Shown in pieces: positions 29,226 to 39,445 of a stretch of 64,000 nucleotides of DNA. The translations under genes and the position numbers were made by a program. Each line of letters opens with the position of its first letter. Positions within the stretch are counted from its first letter, which is position 1. Location: positions 18,789 to 82,788 of the forward strand of contig JBAZQN010000004.1 in assembly GCA_041645165.1 (NCBI GenBank), read 5' to 3'. The notes beneath the pieces were generated by a model. It did no database searches. It saw nothing but the letters and a program-made list of their open reading frames with translations, and was not told the DNA's origin. Source of the stretch: Patescibacteria group bacterium (GTDB lineage Bacteria; Patescibacteriota; Patescibacteriia; 2-02-FULL-49-11).

Positions 29226-29360
29226 TCAATTTTCAATTTTTCCCCCGACTTGTCGGGGGATCCCGTTGCGGCGGGACAATCAATATCTCAATGTCACAAT
29301 TTTCAAACGTTTGATAATTGTTTCATTGAAATTAAATGAAAATTGAAGCTTGAAAATTAT
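29226..29360. repeat. Heptamer element with nested palindromes
   Basis: TTTTCAA/TTGAAAA arms interrupted by TCCCCCGACTTGTCGGGGGA and TCCCG..CGGGA. Confidence 0.75.
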
Positions 29361-29369
29361 CAAAACAGT

Positions 29370-29849
29370 TTAGGGTTGAGAGTTTAAATTTTTCATCAAT
29401 GTGACCATTTCCACTGCCGCGTTTGCCACTTCGTATCCTTTATTGTCCTTACCCTGCCCTGACCGCGCATCGGCCTGCTCAAGAGTATCGGTGGTGAGCA
29501 CGCCAAACAAGACCGGCATGTGCGCGCGGAGATTCAGCTCCATGATACCCGAGGATACGGCGCGGGAAATATACTCAAAGTGCGGCGTTTCGCCGCGGAT
29601 AACGACGCCAAGGCAGATAACGGCATCTGCCGCTTGTCTCTCTGCGACCACCGCGGCAACAAGGGGGATCTCAAATGCGCCCGGCACATAATACGCGACA
29701 ATATCCTTTTCCGCCACACCGGCTTCTTCGAGCGCTTTTCTGGCGCCCCGCTCAAGCCCCTTCGTCACCTGCTCATTAAAACGCGACATGATGAGCGCGA
29801 ATTTCATGCCTTTCCCAGATAGGTTTTTTGAAAATATATTATTTTCCAT
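29370..29849 (-). CDS. ribH: 6,7-dimethyl-8-ribityllumazine synthase
   Basis: SRFN, VPGAFEIP, LGVVIRGETPHFEY, FGVLT, NKG. Confidence 0.97.
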   Translation of the reverse strand: MENNIFSKNLSGKGMKFALIMSRFNEQVTKGLERGARKALEEAGVAEKDIVAYYVPGAFEIPLVAAVVAERQAADAVICLGVVIRGETPHFEYISRAVSSGIMELNLRAHMPVLFGVLTTDTLEQADARSGQGKDNKGYEVANAAVEMVTLMKNLNSQP

Positions 29850-30432
29850 AGGTCATGAGTCTGTCAAGATAACGCGCAAGAATATCAACCTCAATATTCA
29901 CCATATCCCCGACATGCCAATTCCCAAGGACAGTATGGGTAAGCGTATACGGAATGAGTGCTACCGTAAAGACCTTGCCACGCACACGGGCAACCGTAAG
30001 ACTAATACCGTCAATTGCAACGGCTCCTTGAGCTGCAATATAACGCATAAACGATTGAGGAACTTTGATGATCATACGAACCTCTCTCTGTCGTCGTACC
30101 ACCCTCAAGACCTTTCCCACCCCATCAATATGACCAGTCACAAAATGCCCACTCATCTCATCGCCGCTGCGTAATGGGCGCTCGAGATTCACCTTATCGC
30201 CGACACGCCAACAGTGAAAGGTAGTACGGCGACCTGTCTCGGGCATAATGTCCACCGTACACTGCCGACTTTTGTATTCCACGACGCTCACGCATATACC
30301 GTTCACCGCCAATGACATACCCTGTATCAATGTCCCAAAACCAGACGGCAAATCGACCGTAAGCCGCCAGCCATCCGTAGTCGGGACAATGCGCCGTATC
30401 GTACCTAATGATTGAACAATACCAGTAAACAT
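29839..30432 (-). CDS. ribE: Riboflavin synthase alpha chain
   Basis: MFTGIV, VNLERP, GHFVTGHIDG, DGISLTV, VNIEVD. Confidence 0.97.
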   Translation of the reverse strand: MFTGIVQSLGTIRRIVPTTDGWRLTVDLPSGFGTLIQGMSLAVNGICVSVVEYKSRQCTVDIMPETGRRTTFHCWRVGDKVNLERPLRSGDEMSGHFVTGHIDGVGKVLRVVRRQREVRMIIKVPQSFMRYIAAQGAVAIDGISLTVARVRGKVFTVALIPYTLTHTVLGNWHVGDMVNIEVDILARYLDRLMTYGK

Positions 30433-30532
30433 AACAAATTATGATCGTGGCGATAGTTACCCTTATTCTACCTTCTTTCTGGTCTCACGAAAATACCACG
30501 AACGACCGGCTTTTGCTATACTCATTACCAAT

Positions 30533-31735
30533 ATGCTGAAAAAAGCAACAATCCTGGGTATTAAAAGGAACGTGTTCTTCTTGAGCGTGGTGTCGCTTCT
30601 TAATGACGCGTCCTCTGACATGATCTATCCTTTGATCCCGCTGTTTTTGTCTTCCGTGCTCGGCGCGAGCTATACCACCATCGGCATCATTGAAGGCATC
30701 GCGGAAAGCACTGCCGCGACACTGCGCATCTTCTCCGGGGCATTGTCGGATCGCCTAAAAAAAAGAAAAATATTTGCGGTCATCGGCTACAGCTTTTCCA
30801 CGGTGGTGAAACCAATACTTGCGGTCGCCACCATGCCGTGGCACGTGCTGGTCGTGAGATTTTTGGACCGGGCCGGCAAAGCCACCCGCTCAGCCCCGCG
30901 CGATGCCTTGATCGCGGATTCCATTGAGGCGACGGAGCGCGGCAAGTCATTCGGCTTCCACAAAATGATGGATACCATGGGCGCGGCCATTGGCCCCTTG
31001 TTCGCCTTTATGCTCCTACGAGTGTTCCAAGGCAATTTCCGCCCTGTGTTCCTCTTGTCATTTGTCGCAGGCGCGGTCGCGGTGGGCACGCTTATTCTGT
31101 TCACCTCTGATGCCACACAAGTGTTCCTCCACCCGATCCAAGACCCTGTGAAAGCAAAATTCGCCCCGCACCATTTGAAAGAATTGCTGCGCGGGCCCTT
31201 TCTCCTCTTTCTTGCCGCGTCCACTTTGTTCGCGCTCGGCAATGCGTCTGACGCGTTTCTCCTTTTGCGCGCGCAGAACCTTGGCGTCGCAACTGCCCTT
31301 ATCCCAATCATTTACTTCGTGTTCAATATTGTCTTTGCGGGTTTTTCGTACCCCTTAGGTAGACTCTCTGACAAAATAAACCGCAAGACGCTCATCATCG
31401 CGGGGTATTTTATTTTTATTTTGGTATACCTTGGATTTGCCAATGCGACCGCCCCATGGCATGCGTGGGCGCTGTTCGGGGCGTACGGACTCTACTTCGC
31501 CTTCACTGAAGGAGTGCAGAAGGCGCTCATTGCCGACTTCGTGCCTGAAACGCTGCGCGCAACCGCCTATGGCGCCTTTAACACGCTTACCGGACTCGCA
31601 CTCCTTCCCGCAAGCATCATCGCAGGATCTCTATGGCAGCGCTTTGGCGCTCAAGCTCCTTTCCTCTGGGGCAGCTTCACTGCCATTGGCGCCATCCTCT
31701 TATTCCTACCGCTGTTCTCCCATAAAAGAGAGTAA
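30533..31735 (+). CDS. MFS transporter
   Basis: About 12 TM, SGALSDR, RFLDRAGKATRSAPRDALI, GRLSDKI. Confidence 0.92.
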   Translation: MLKKATILGIKRNVFFLSVVSLLNDASSDMIYPLIPLFLSSVLGASYTTIGIIEGIAESTAATLRIFSGALSDRLKKRKIFAVIGYSFSTVVKPILAVATMPWHVLVVRFLDRAGKATRSAPRDALIADSIEATERGKSFGFHKMMDTMGAAIGPLFAFMLLRVFQGNFRPVFLLSFVAGAVAVGTLILFTSDATQVFLHPIQDPVKAKFAPHHLKELLRGPFLLFLAASTLFALGNASDAFLLLRAQNLGVATALIPIIYFVFNIVFAGFSYPLGRLSDKINRKTLIIAGYFIFILVYLGFANATAPWHAWALFGAYGLYFAFTEGVQKALIADFVPETLRATAYGAFNTLTGLALLPASIIAGSLWQRFGAQAPFLWGSFTAIGAILLFLPLFSHKRE

Positions 31736-31785
31736 CAGCGTAAATCCGTGAGATAACCTTTCTCCAATATATAGAGATATCATAT

Positions 31786-31964
31786 TGCGAATGAGTACTT
31801 GAGTGAACACGAGCGAAGGCGCGCCACAATTCGCCGTGAGGATTGTGTGAGCAAGCCCCGATAAGCTGTGGAAATTGTAAATGGAGGCTTATCGGGGCGG
31901 TCCCGCCAGGGATGCGAGTTCCGCAACCAGAATTGGGGTGCGCCCGAGCAGAAGTCCTGTTGCA
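31786..31964 (+). ncRNA. Candidate rod-shaped ncRNA of about 180 nt (6S-like topology, unconfirmed)
   Basis: Nested helices 31819-31832/31930-31943 (13/14 pairs) and 31855-31867/31886-31898, weaker outer stem; G-U pairs favour the + strand. Confidence 0.5.
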
Positions 31965-31993
31965 TGGTGTGAGTTCTATAACTACACTCCTGT

Positions 31994-32033
31994 AAAAAGA
32001 ACTCTCTCCCTAGGGGGAGAGAATTCTTATTTT
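31994..32033. terminator. Bidirectional intrinsic terminator
   Basis: AAAAAGAA-CTCTCTCC..GGGGAGAG-AATTCTTATTTT between convergent units. Confidence 0.7.
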
Positions 32034-32059
32034 CAGCAACGCCGTTGCCTGCAAATTAA

Positions 32060-34063
32060 TTATTGCGCCGGTAGGGTTGCCGGTTGGCCTGCGCCTGTGG
32101 GAGGAACTGTTTGCCCTTGGAACATGCCCTGCCCTTGAGGATTAAATCCGCCTCCTCCCATAAATCCCTGGCCTCCATTCTCTCCATCCATTACTTCCTG
32201 CTTTTCAAATCCCTGCGGTAACTGGAAATTGTAATTTACTCCCTTATCCGCTCTCACCGTCGGCATATATTCAGCGCCTCCACGCAGCTGATCAAGCGTA
32301 TCAGAGATTTGCTCTTTGGTCGCAAATACTGATTCTACCTTATCGATAAGGTCATCAGCGGTAAAATTCTTTGAAGCTACTAGTTGCTTTAGCTCTTCAA
32401 TCTGTGCTTTGAGCGCCGTGAGCAACTCCTCTGCGCCGCTGGTGTCAATTTTCTTGCTCTTAAACTTCTTAATCTGCTGCTCAAAAGTTTTTATCTCCTG
32501 CTTCGCGCTCGTTAATCCTTTGCTTACATTGAGCGCCATTTCCACGGAAGTGCGCGCGTTCTTCACATTATCCATCTGTCCGTAAAAATCATCTTCAATC
32601 TTTTCTAGCGCCGCTTCGGGATCTGTTGTGGTAAGAGCTTTGGCATCCTTAAGCGCAGTGCCCAGCAGCGATACTTCCTGCTTATATTGATTCAAAAATT
32701 CCGTGAGATCTACTTTCTTGTTTGCCTTTACCTGTTTTTCAATACGAGTCGCATCGCGTTCTGCGGTCTTAATATCTTTCTCGGCTTGCTTCACCATACC
32801 GCAAATCCTCGTAAGGTTACCGAGCTTCGGCCCCCACTCCTGCATCACCGATCCCACATCTTCAATATCAGTAATGACCTCCTCGAGCGCATCCGCGGTC
32901 TCTGCCGCTTGAATTTTGGTAACCATGCCGTCAGCAGCGCTTAAGGCATTTGATAATTCTTCCGGAAGACCGACTCCGCATTTTTGCAGTTTCGTTTTGA
33001 TCTTCGCGACACTCGTCTTCATCATTTTAACCCCCTTCGCGAATTGTCCCATCCCTTGCTTCATCTGCTTGAAACGCATTTCATCCATTTTCTTCATTTG
33101 CTCTTCCGACGGGCCGCCTTGCTCTCCTTGACCGAATTGCCCTCCTTGATCGCCCTGCCCAAACCCTCCTTGATTACCAGGGCCAAATCCTTGACCACCG
33201 CCCCATTGAGTATTCCCTCCATTTCCTCCGGGACCGCCCATGCCCCCGCCTTGGCTTTGATTGTAATTACTACAAGGACCTGGCATATCAACGCCATTCA
33301 CGCGGCAGGTCGTGGTCTGCGGTTCATTGTAGCCAGCCCCACCAGAGCCACCAGTGCCCATCGGACCAGGCTGATACTGGCCGCCGGACGGAGGTTGATA
33401 TCCGCCAGAAGGCTGGTTGTACATTCCTTGATCGCCGCTTGGCGGTGGTGGCACACCTCCGCTTGAACCGCTCGGCGGGGGCGGCATGCTGCCGTCTTGC
33501 GCGGCATTCACCGTACTCTCTCCTAACACTGCACCTCCCAAGATATAGGTCACATACGTTTTCTTTGACTCGGGACTTTGCATGAGCGCAATACGCACTG
33601 CAGAACCATTCTTAGTAAACGTAAGTCCGTCATCGCTTTGTCGCCAACAATGCTGGCTTAAATTTTGAGAATAAAAAGAAGCAACTGATTCTGGCGTTGC
33701 TTTCATGGTATAGATAACGTGTGCGCCGTTCCCGTCGAAGCTGATCCGCTTGGCAGTATCGTATAAAGGCACGTTCGTGATGAGTCCGCGCACTTCCTGT
33801 CCTTGTGGTACACTCGCGCATACTATTCTCCCCTCTGCGCTATGTGCGACACGCTGTGATGCCCAGAGTGAGCTGATCGGCTCTGCACTCGTCATCTCGC
33901 TGTACTGGCTCGAGATGAGCGATGCAGCAAAAAGCGATGCTGCGCCGACCACAGCAATGCCGGATATTGCTTTTAGCATATGTTTTTGTTTTAATTTTCG
34001 GCTCACGCTACCGAAATGCTTAGTAATTACGTTCATTATAACACGGATTTCACCAAAATGCAA
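32060..34063 (-). CDS. Large exported protein with Gly/Gln/Pro-rich region and long coiled coil (start uncertain)
   Basis: Hydrophobic segment near the N-terminus, PPPPSG/GGQGFG low-complexity block, K/E-rich helical C-terminal half. Confidence 0.8.
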   Translation of the reverse strand: MHFGEIRVIMNVITKHFGSVSRKLKQKHMLKAISGIAVVGAASLFAASLISSQYSEMTSAEPISSLWASQRVAHSAEGRIVCASVPQGQEVRGLITNVPLYDTAKRISFDGNGAHVIYTMKATPESVASFYSQNLSQHCWRQSDDGLTFTKNGSAVRIALMQSPESKKTYVTYILGGAVLGESTVNAAQDGSMPPPPSGSSGGVPPPPSGDQGMYNQPSGGYQPPSGGQYQPGPMGTGGSGGAGYNEPQTTTCRVNGVDMPGPCSNYNQSQGGGMGGPGGNGGNTQWGGGQGFGPGNQGGFGQGDQGGQFGQGEQGGPSEEQMKKMDEMRFKQMKQGMGQFAKGVKMMKTSVAKIKTKLQKCGVGLPEELSNALSAADGMVTKIQAAETADALEEVITDIEDVGSVMQEWGPKLGNLTRICGMVKQAEKDIKTAERDATRIEKQVKANKKVDLTEFLNQYKQEVSLLGTALKDAKALTTTDPEAALEKIEDDFYGQMDNVKNARTSVEMALNVSKGLTSAKQEIKTFEQQIKKFKSKKIDTSGAEELLTALKAQIEELKQLVASKNFTADDLIDKVESVFATKEQISDTLDQLRGGAEYMPTVRADKGVNYNFQLPQGFEKQEVMDGENGGQGFMGGGGFNPQGQGMFQGQTVPPTGAGQPATLPAQ

Positions 34064-34076
34064 CTTTATTATCCAT

Positions 34077-34457
34077 TCAATCTAAGCGGGTCGTGTTATT
34101 TTCTTTTTTAAACCAATTTATAAAAAATAAAATTCCAATAAAAAATGCAGGTCCCGCAATAATGAGCGACCAAGATATCATATACCATTCAAATGGACTC
34201 ATCATGAGCATAATAATATAGAGCACTCCGGCGAGTGTAAAAGCAATTCCTCCCACTATTTCATATTTCCATGAGATTAAGAGAACTGCCAATAAAATAA
34301 ACGCGGGAATATTGTGCATCAACAGTCCTACAATTGTTTGCCAAAAGCCAAGCTTTAACTCAAAAACATCTAATGAAAACAACACGAGGAAGAGGATGAA
34401 CATGATCGATAAGCCCCTTGGCGTCCAATATATAAATTTGCTAACCCTTTTTTCCAT
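34077..34457 (-). CDS. Small 4-TM membrane protein
   Basis: WTPRGLSI..FSLDVF..LLMHNIP pattern, hydrophobic throughout. Confidence 0.75.
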   Translation of the reverse strand: MEKRVSKFIYWTPRGLSIMFILFLVLFSLDVFELKLGFWQTIVGLLMHNIPAFILLAVLLISWKYEIVGGIAFTLAGVLYIIMLMMSPFEWYMISWSLIIAGPAFFIGILFFINWFKKENNTTRLD

Positions 34458-34495
34458 ATTTCTGCATTAGGAAATATCAATATCTGGGGCTATTT

Positions 34496-36001
34496 TTATT
34501 TTAAAATTATATTGTCTTGTATCTCGGAAACTTCACTCACTTCAGCTCCATATCTCTTTATAATACTCAAAGTGTTGTTATCGATATAAAAATTAAACTC
34601 CTCACTACCATTTTTCTTTTGTAATTCAACGGCTTTATTGTAAAAAGTATAATTCTTGCCAACATTAATTTTTATTAAAACTCCACCAGCCATACTTAGT
34701 AGCGACTCACCAATACTCGGCCCCCTTTCTTCTAAAAATCCTATGAAGCCCGCACCTTGCCACATGGTTGGCATGTCCATATTATAAAAAGAATACTTAA
34801 TAACTGGATCAGGAGATATGATGTCGCTGTATTTATCTAAGAATTTAAAATACAGCGCAGCGTTTTTACTGCCAAAAAATTCATGACTCACGTTAAGCTC
34901 TAACTTAACTAAAGCAGAAGAGTTATTTTTAATTTCGTCTAACTCTCTTAAGTACTTTTCTAATACTTCAACATTCTGATTCAATTCAATTAATTTTTCG
35001 CCGCTTAATTTAGCTATTGATATGCCGACTAGCTTCACTATTAGACCATCATCTTTATCGCGAATTAATTGGTCACCAAATAATAATAGCTGATAAAGAT
35101 TTTCTTTTGCCTGCGAAAATTGATTGTGTGAAATTTGCTCATCCGTCAATTTAATAATCCCACGACTGAATGCACGCAAATTATTTAAAGGTACAATCAT
35201 ACTGTTACGATATAATATTATATCATCTGGCATATATTCTTCTGACAAACTCAAATACCCGGCTTGATTTAACAGGCGTAATACTTCCAGGTCGCCTTCA
35301 CTAGGTATAATATAATTAAAAGCACTTACTTCTGTATCATCCTTTTGTTGTTTCCTATTATTCAAATTATTTATGAGTTCAATAAATTTTGTCGCCGAGT
35401 TACCGTTTCGATCAAAACTATATCCCGTAATATTATTTATATTAATAGTGGGATATAGATAGAAATCTTCCTGAATGTCTGCATTTTTATAATTTTTGTT
35501 AAAGTTAATTCTATAAAGATAGAAATTCGCAGTATAACTAACAACTAGTAATAAAGTAATAGCAACAAATATTTTTCTACGCTTTTTTAAAATAAAAACA
35601 GAATATATAATATTTAAATAAACATAATTAAAAAAACAAATAAGTACAATATATACATAAAAAGGTGTGTGGTATGTGCTTGATATATTACTCGAATTAA
35701 GATAGAAAAAAGCAAATAACGTACCTAAAATTAATTGCAGTAATACCGTGGCAGTAATCAATTTTGAAATATTATTTTGAACTAACTCTTTGTTATTTTT
35801 ATTTAATATTTTAATAGTAAGAATAAATGCAACAGCTATAAATAAGATCTTAACAATTATACTAATTAGAAGAATGTTCAATAGTCTGACTGTTGAATAG
35901 CCTGATAGATTTAAAAGGGTGCTATAAGCACCATAAAGCAAACCGTAAAGCAGTCCATTCAAAAATAACATTTTTATTAATAATAATGTAAATTTTTTCA
36001 T
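34496..36001 (-). CDS. AT-rich hypothetical membrane protein (about 5 N-terminal TM plus helical domain)
   Basis: 501-aa ORF in a visibly very AT-rich tract. Confidence 0.75.
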   Translation of the reverse strand: MKKFTLLLIKMLFLNGLLYGLLYGAYSTLLNLSGYSTVRLLNILLISIIVKILFIAVAFILTIKILNKNNKELVQNNISKLITATVLLQLILGTLFAFFYLNSSNISSTYHTPFYVYIVLICFFNYVYLNIIYSVFILKKRRKIFVAITLLLVVSYTANFYLYRINFNKNYKNADIQEDFYLYPTININNITGYSFDRNGNSATKFIELINNLNNRKQQKDDTEVSAFNYIIPSEGDLEVLRLLNQAGYLSLSEEYMPDDIILYRNSMIVPLNNLRAFSRGIIKLTDEQISHNQFSQAKENLYQLLLFGDQLIRDKDDGLIVKLVGISIAKLSGEKLIELNQNVEVLEKYLRELDEIKNNSSALVKLELNVSHEFFGSKNAALYFKFLDKYSDIISPDPVIKYSFYNMDMPTMWQGAGFIGFLEERGPSIGESLLSMAGGVLIKINVGKNYTFYNKAVELQKKNGSEEFNFYIDNNTLSIIKRYGAEVSEVSEIQDNIILK

Positions 36002-36051
36002 AAATAATTTAAAAATAATAAAACTCCGTATGTGATTAGTATACCAAATTT

Positions 36052-36179
36052 GAGACTGTAGAACAATACTTTTGAGAATGTTTTTTCAAGAAAACGAGTC
36101 GTTTAAATCGTGTAATAAGGGCTTAAAATTTCCGAAAGTCGAAAAATAGCTACCTTCGTTTGAGTTTTTCTACTGTCTC
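36052..36179. mobile_element. 128-bp MITE-like element with terminal inverted repeats and AAATTT flanks
   Basis: GAGACTGTAGAA...TTCTACTGTCTC (1 mismatch), AAATTT on both sides. Confidence 0.65.
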
Positions 36180-36215
36180 AAATTTGCATGACATGATATG
36201 TAGAATCAAAAAACA

Positions 36216-37136
36216 TTACATTCCGCGCGCAAGTTTTAAGGCGCCCATGTAGGGAGGCTTTTTTAGAAGCACGATGTGCACCTTTGGCGCCGTGTGGTGC
36301 ACAGCTTTTTTGAACGATGACAAGAGAATGTCGCCTGCCTGAAATACGCCTCCCCAGAGGATTAAGTCAAACGCGCGCGAGGAAAGCCCAGATCTCCGTA
36401 TGACCGCACACGCCATTGAGCCAAGCTCAAGGGCGGCGTGCGCGACGATACTGCGCGCCACTTTATCGCCGCGATGAGCGGCGCGCACGCACAGAGGCGC
36501 CAATGCCGCGAGAGAAGTTTTATTGAATGAGGAAGTGTAAACTTTGTCCACGGCTTCGCGCATGTTCTTCACTCCAAGCTGTCTACAGAGCAACGGTTCA
36601 AGCGCACTGCGCCCTCCCCTGCCGTCAAAACTTTTCACCGCAGCCCGCAAGGTCTCGCTCCCTATCGCATACGCGCTTCCCTCATCAGAGAGCAAGGAGC
36701 CCAAGCCCCCTGCATAAGCCTCGCCCTTAGGCCCCACTGCATACGCGTTTGATCCTGTGCCTGCAATCACTGCTACGCCATATGGTTTATCAGTGCCTGC
36801 GGCAAGCGCAATCACGACATCATTTACCACTCTGAAACGATCTCCAATCTTTTTCTTAAAATGCTTGAAAATTTTCTGCGATAACATCTGCCAATCCTGC
36901 AGAGAGTCAACGCCCGACAGCCCAAATACTGCATACGCGTACGACGGAAATTTTACACACGCCTTTTTCTCCGCGGCGAACAACGCCTTCCGAATATTTT
37001 CCATCGCCCCTTTCAATCCTGCGACTTTATACAAAGAAGGGCCAGCAATTCCCGTCCCCACCACTTTTCCATGTTCATTCGCAATCGCTGCGGCCGTGCT
37101 CGTACCTCCCCCGTCTACTCCAAGATAATAATGCAT
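36216..37136 (-). CDS. BadF/BadG/BcrA/BcrD-family sugar kinase (GlcNAc kinase-like)
   Basis: LGVDGGGTST, GLSGVD, VNDV, IAGTGS, GGLGSLLSDEGSAY. Confidence 0.88.
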   Translation of the reverse strand: MHYYLGVDGGGTSTAAAIANEHGKVVGTGIAGPSLYKVAGLKGAMENIRKALFAAEKKACVKFPSYAYAVFGLSGVDSLQDWQMLSQKIFKHFKKKIGDRFRVVNDVVIALAAGTDKPYGVAVIAGTGSNAYAVGPKGEAYAGGLGSLLSDEGSAYAIGSETLRAAVKSFDGRGGRSALEPLLCRQLGVKNMREAVDKVYTSSFNKTSLAALAPLCVRAAHRGDKVARSIVAHAALELGSMACAVIRRSGLSSRAFDLILWGGVFQAGDILLSSFKKAVHHTAPKVHIVLLKKPPYMGALKLARGM

Positions 37137-37268
37137 AAATTCGAAATACGAAACTCTAAATCCTAAACAAATTCGAAACTCAAATATACAAAATCCAAAA
37201 CAATTTTGAACATTCGAATTTTGGATTTGGTGCTTGTTTAAAAATTAGGATTTCTGATTTAGGATTTT
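37137..37268. repeat. Inverted heptamer-repeat element overlapping the gnd stop
   Basis: AAATTCG/AAATACG/AAATCCT units mirrored by GGATTT/GAATTT units. Confidence 0.75.
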
Positions 37269-38156
37269 CACGCTGTGTCCTCCAAACTCCTGCCGCAGCG
37301 CCGCGACCACTTTGTGCGCGAAACCGTCCTTGCACTGCCGCGAGCGCGCGCGCTCCTGAAGCGCAGCCTTAATGGCCGGCACACGCACGCCACGTCGCTT
37401 TGCTTCTTCAACCGTCCAATTCCCCGTCGTCCCTCCCTCAACATACGGCGCAATGCGTCTGAATCCTGGATTTTTGAGCGCATCTCTCGCCCATGCGATT
37501 AACCGCGAATCAATAATGCTCTTCTTCGTCCACACGTCAGCGACCTCGGCAAGTTTTAATTTAAAAAGTGATCCGTGCAATACCGCCAAGCCTTCACCAA
37601 TCGCTTCCATCATCCCCACCTCAATGCCATTGTGCACGGTCTTTACCAAATGTCCGGCGCCTGAGGCTCCGCAATAAAGATAGCCCCCTCGAGGACGGCT
37701 CATAATCTTTAATAAGGGTTCAAGCATCTTGAAAGCTTTTTTCTCTCCTCCCGCCATAAAACACCATCCGTTGCGCGCGCCGCTTGTACCCCCGCTCGTG
37801 CCAATGTCCAGAAAATATATCCCTTTGCGCTTTAATGCCTTTGCCCGCCGCTGAGAATCAAGATAATTAGAATTCCCCCCGTCAATCACAATATCACCCT
37901 TTCGTAACTGACCAACTAATAAACTGATTAACTGAGTAACTGGCCTACCCTGCGGCACCATGAGCCAAATGATCTTCCTCCCTTTAAGCCGTGAGGCTGC
38001 ATCCCGCGCTGACGACGCAATCACCGCACCTGCCCGCTTCAGGGCAGGATAGGCTTGAGAAGAGCGGTTATACGCCACCACGCTCACTCCATTCTTCAGG
38101 AGACGGAGCGCCATCGCCCCGCCCATTTTTCCAAGTCCTATAAATCCAATGGTCAT
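37245..38156 (-). CDS. gnd: 6-phosphogluconate dehydrogenase (short, decarboxylating)
   Basis: GFIGLGKMG, IWLMVP, IDGGNS, GAGHLVKTVHNGIE, ALRQEFGGH. Confidence 0.92.
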   Translation of the reverse strand: MTIGFIGLGKMGGAMALRLLKNGVSVVAYNRSSQAYPALKRAGAVIASSARDAASRLKGRKIIWLMVPQGRPVTQLISLLVGQLRKGDIVIDGGNSNYLDSQRRAKALKRKGIYFLDIGTSGGTSGARNGWCFMAGGEKKAFKMLEPLLKIMSRPRGGYLYCGASGAGHLVKTVHNGIEVGMMEAIGEGLAVLHGSLFKLKLAEVADVWTKKSIIDSRLIAWARDALKNPGFRRIAPYVEGGTTGNWTVEEAKRRGVRVPAIKAALQERARSRQCKDGFAHKVVAALRQEFGGHSVKILNQKS

Positions 38157-38167
38157 ACGCGTATTTT

Positions 38168-39301
38168 TTAGGCTTTGGGTGACACGTCGAGTACTATTTT
38201 CAGCTGGTTCGGATCCTGCAAGTCAAACGCTTTGGAGAAATCCTTCAGAGGAAACCGATGGGAAATGGCCCGTGTGAGGATGTGGTGATAATGCTCTTCA
38301 ATCTCCTGCACCATGGCAACCGCCTTCTTGAAATGCTCGCGGTTCCCGTTCACGCTCCCGATAATCACCTGATTCTGCCTGACTATTTGCCGCAGAAGAA
38401 GGTCCGCGTCAAACTCCTCATTCCTCCCAGACACCCGCGGCACGCCGGTCATGAGGTAGATCGCGTTCCTGCTCATCACCGGGATAAAATCAATGGCGAG
38501 CTTGCTCGCGCCTGACGCTTCAAAGATAAGGTCAATCCGATCAATGCCCTGCGCCACCTGTTGGGCGGTGAACGCATTGCCGTCAATATAACTTGCGCCA
38601 AGTTCCTTGATGAATTGCACTTTGATATTATCCTCCGGCACAATCTCCACGTTATAAAGCTCCATACCGTGAAGCGCGAGTACCGCGGTTGCCAAAAATC
38701 CGAGAGGTCCTGCGCCAATCACAATGCCCTTCTTGCACCCTCCCCAATCTGTCGTGCCCCAACCATGCTGACGGTGGGGGCAGAAAAACGGCACACGCTG
38801 CTGGATCATGAGCATCTGCTCCATCGCCTTCATGATGATACTCATGGGCTCAATCCACACGCTGATAGGACCAAGATCTTTGGGAATCGTGACAAGATGA
38901 TGCGCGTGCTCCACGACATACTCCGTCAGAAACCCGTGCAGCTTATGGATGCCCCGCTCCTTATACAGGCCGGTATAGCAGTAATCGCTCTGATGGTTGC
39001 GGCACGCGGAACAGATACCGCACCCCCTTCTCACGGTCGGCACCACATAATCCCCGGGCTTTATGTCTTTCACCTCTTTCCCCACCGCTTCTACGACGCC
39101 GTAACTCTCGTGCCCCAGCACGAGGAAATCCTCTTGCGCCGGCGCATCCACAAGGTGATGGCGGTACAGCGACTTGTCAGTGCCGTCAATCCCCGTGGCG
39201 ATTATCTTTATCAATACCTCATCTGGCCGCTCAATGCGGGGCTTGGGGATATCAAAGGCAAATATTCCTGGTTCTTTTAATTTTAATCCCGCGGCAAACA
39301 T
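38168..39301 (-). CDS. Zn-dependent glucose 1-dehydrogenase (MDR family)
   Basis: GIDGTD, LGHES, VPTVRRGCGICSAC, ERGIHKLHGF, GAGPLG, GSVN. Confidence 0.85.
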   Translation of the reverse strand: MFAAGLKLKEPGIFAFDIPKPRIERPDEVLIKIIATGIDGTDKSLYRHHLVDAPAQEDFLVLGHESYGVVEAVGKEVKDIKPGDYVVPTVRRGCGICSACRNHQSDYCYTGLYKERGIHKLHGFLTEYVVEHAHHLVTIPKDLGPISVWIEPMSIIMKAMEQMLMIQQRVPFFCPHRQHGWGTTDWGGCKKGIVIGAGPLGFLATAVLALHGMELYNVEIVPEDNIKVQFIKELGASYIDGNAFTAQQVAQGIDRIDLIFEASGASKLAIDFIPVMSRNAIYLMTGVPRVSGRNEEFDADLLLRQIVRQNQVIIGSVNGNREHFKKAVAMVQEIEEHYHHILTRAISHRFPLKDFSKAFDLQDPNQLKIVLDVSPKA

Positions 39302-39445
39302 AGGAATAAGAATTTATTATATGCGGTGCGAAGGTTTCAATAGATATACGCAGATATTCTTCAACTGTTTCAGTATATCCTTGTGTTTCCTATTGTACTA
39401 TACTATCATCAATTTACACCAATCACACCCTCTAACCCATTAATT

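Noticed and set aside
30433-30532. FMN riboswitch upstream of the rib operon
   Set aside because: Only 100 nt shared with a divergent gene; no AGGGC..GAAATTCCCGACC signature
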